A DNA stretch of 64,000 bases from the human T2T-CHM13v2.0 reference genome, Homo sapiens: assembly GCF_009914755.1 (NCBI RefSeq), contig NC_060926.1, one strand, 5' to 3'. Shown here piece after piece: positions 61,340 through 64,000 of this stretch (its first letter is position 1; every line of letters starts with the position of its first letter). A program made the position numbers and the translations under genes. Below the pieces are notes generated by a model that was not told where the DNA came from, did not search any database, and saw only the letters and a list, made by a program, of their open reading frames with translations.

Positions 61340-64000
61340 CTTCATTAAGACTATATCTGTCTGTATGCTATGTGTAAGTAAACTGCTTATGTATATAAGC
61401 ATTCATAATTGAATATATTGTTCCTATTATTGTTTTGAACAAGCTGTTGTCTGTTAGATAATTAACAGTAAGAAAATAAAAGTTTTTATTTTACCCTTTC
61501 TCCCCAGTACTCTTCCTATGTTTATGTAGATCTGAGTTTCTAACCTATATCATTTTCCTCCTCTCAAAAGTACTACTTTTAAGATTTCTTATAAGGCAGG
61601 TCTACTGGCAACAAAGTCCTCAATTTTTATTTGTCTGAGAAAGTTTTTATTTCTCCTTCACTTTTGAAGGGTATTTTCACAGAGTGCAGAATTTTAGGTT
61701 TGTAGGTTGTTGGGTTTTTTTTTTTAACTCAACACATGAAATATTTCACTCCATGCTGTTCTTACTTCCATGATTTCTGAGGAATATCTGATGTGATCTT
61801 ATCTTTGCTCCTTTGTAGCTAAGGTGTTTTTTCCCCTTTGGCTTCTTTCAAGGTTTTTTCTTTACCTTTGATTTTCTGATGTTTGAATATCATATGCCTA
61901 ACTATAGGGTGGTTTTGTTTATTTTTGTTTTGGCTTTTATCCTGCTTGGTGGTGTTTGAGCTTCCTCAATCTGTGGTTTGATGCCTGACATTAATTTGGA
62001 GAAATTCTCAGTCATTGTTGCTTCACATGTTGCTTGTGTTCCTTTCTTGGAATTTGCATTATGCATATTTATACATTTAGTAGTATTCTGTTTTATTCTT
62101 TTTTTTTTTTTTTTTGCCTTGCTTTTCAGTCTTGGAAGTTCCTATTGTCATATCATATTACCAGGCTCCAAGATTGTTCTGTCAGCTGTGTCCAGTCTAC
62201 TAGTGAGCCCTTCAGATGCATCTCTATTATATTAAATAGTAATTTGTATCTTTGTTTCTTTTTCTGTTTTGATTTCTTTTTTTTTTTTTTTTTTTCAGAA
62301 TTCTCATCTCTCTTCTTATATTATTCATCTGTTTTTGCATGTTGTCTGTTTTTTCCATTAAAGCCTTATAGTTTTCTGAAATTCCTGGTTGGAAAAGTAC
62401 AGCATTCTTTTCATATCTGACTCTGATTCTGATGTTTGCTTAGCTGCTTAGTATGTCTTATAATTTTTCTTGAAAGGTGGACATGATGTAACTGGGTAAA
62501 GGGAACTGCAGAAATACAGGACTTTAATGATGCGGTTTTATGGTGTGTTTTGTGGGGTGAGATTTGATAGTTTCATGATGAGGTCTGTCTTTTGGTGAGC
62601 CTGTGTCTCTGGACTGTGAACTTCACCAGTGCTTCTCAGTTTTTCCCCCCTTAGGGTGGGACAGGCTGTCTAAAGGGGGCTGGAGTTGGGTATTTCTCTT
62701 CTCCTGCATGGAAGACTAGAGGCAGCTGGACTCATCTTTTTCCTTCCCCCAGGTCTGATAGGCTTTGATAAAACCCAACAGAAGACATTCACACAGCTAA
62801 CAAGCATATGAAAAAATGCATCACTAATCATTAGAGAAATGGAAATCAAAACCACAATGAGGTAGCATCTAACAGCAGTCAGAAAAGCTGTTATTAAAAA
62901 GTCAAAAAGTAACAGATGCTGGTGAGGTTGCAGAGAAGAGGGAATGCTCATGCACTGCGGGTAGGAATGTAAATTAGTTCAGCCATTGTGGAAGCAGCGT
63001 AGCGATTTCTCAAAGAACTCAAAGCAGAATTACCATTCAACCCAGCAATCCCATTATTGGGTATATACCCAAAGAATTATAATCATTCTGCCATAAAGAC
63101 ACATCCACATGTATGTTCATTGCAGCACTATTCACAGCAGCAAAGACGTGGAGTCAACCTAAATGCCTATCAACAGTAGACTGGATAAAGAAAATGTGGT
63201 ACATATACACGATACATATATACATAGTCATAAAAGAACGAGATCATGTCCTTTGCAGCAACATGGATGGAGCTAAGGCCATTATCCTAAGTAAACTAAG
63301 ACAGGAACAGAAAACGGAATACTGCATGTTCTCACTTATAAGTGGGACCTAAATAAACATTGAGAACACATGGATACAAAGAAGGGAACAAGAGACACTG
63401 GGACCTCCTTCAGGGTGGAGGATGGAAGGAGGAAAAGGATCGAAAAACTATCTATTGGGTTCTATGTTTATTACCTGGGGGATAAAATAGTCTGTATATC
63501 AAACCCCCATGAGATGCAATTTACCTAATAACCTACACATTGAGGCCCTGAACCTAAAATAAAAGTTTAAGAAAAAAAGCAGGTTATACTCTGATAAAAT
63601 TGTTTCTCTTGATTGCAGGCATTGTTAAAAACAGAATGCTCTGGCACATTTCAAAATGCTTACCTTTCTGGAAGCACAAAGATATTTTTTCCCTAAGTAT
63701 TCACTGTGAGAACATGGTTGAGTTCTTGAAAGGTGATACTCACAAAGGTGTAAGGGCTTCCCAGTGACTGAGATGCCTGGATTTTTAATCTCTCAGAATT
63801 GGCCATACTGAGTCAATTACAGTTTAGGTTTTCCAGCCCTCCCTCTCCCCCATTGGTTTTCAGGAGGGTTTCTGCTAGTGGGTTTCTGTTCCCGTAAGTT
63901 GTGATTCTGTGTATTCACCTCTGTCTCCAGTTTTGGGTGCGATGCTTTTGCCTTGTGACCTCACAGATTTAAGTGTTGTTTATTTTCAGTTTGTTCAGCC
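61340..64000 (-). mobile_element. L1MC/MD ORF1 and 5' region, interrupted by a younger L1
   Basis: aaggcaggtctactggcaacaaa...gtctgagaaagtttttatttctccttcacttttgaagg. Confidence 0.7.
62780..63578 (+). mobile_element. 5'-truncated L1PA15/16-like 3' end
   Basis: ORF 63113-63352 [18 protein letters not shown]; 3' UTR ggatcgaaaaactatctattggg...ctaaaataaaagttt. Confidence 0.88.

Noticed and set aside
59849-61402. ORF cluster and three diverged 200-270 bp repeats
   Set aside because: Part of the GC-rich 5' UTR of the old L1PA; likely a subfamily feature rather than locus-specific

Overview
Primate (very probably human) intronic DNA, not microbial. The only host coding sequence I can support is one 160-nt + strand exon (30603-30762) encoding EHHLQRAISAQQVFREKKESMVIPVPEAESNVNYYNRLYKGEFKQPKQFIHIQ, which I recognise as exon 2 of EPC2 (Enhancer of Polycomb 2, NuA4/TIP60 subunit; chr2q23.1 in human, from recall). 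The rest is introns 1 and 2, mostly transposon relics: about 20 Alu/FLAM copies, two near-full-length convergent L1PA elements, many truncated L1PA/PB/M pieces, a solo LTR12C nested in an Alu, Tigger1, Tigger3b, MER1B, MER30, MER5-type, a Kanga/MER104-like element, L2 and MIR. Nearly all listed ORFs are TE-derived or chance. I found no new multi-gene system. The most interesting signals are: (i) several locally templated inverted duplications at TE junctions, (ii) a spliced L1 integrant (SpIRE 97/622 type), (iii) a 22-nt poly(A)-tailed insertion with a target-site duplication (TSD), (iv) a TE-derived candidate terminal exon in frame with EPC2 exon 2, and (v) an antisense LTR12C promoter. Subfamily calls come from remembered consensus sequences, and boundaries of old elements are approximate.
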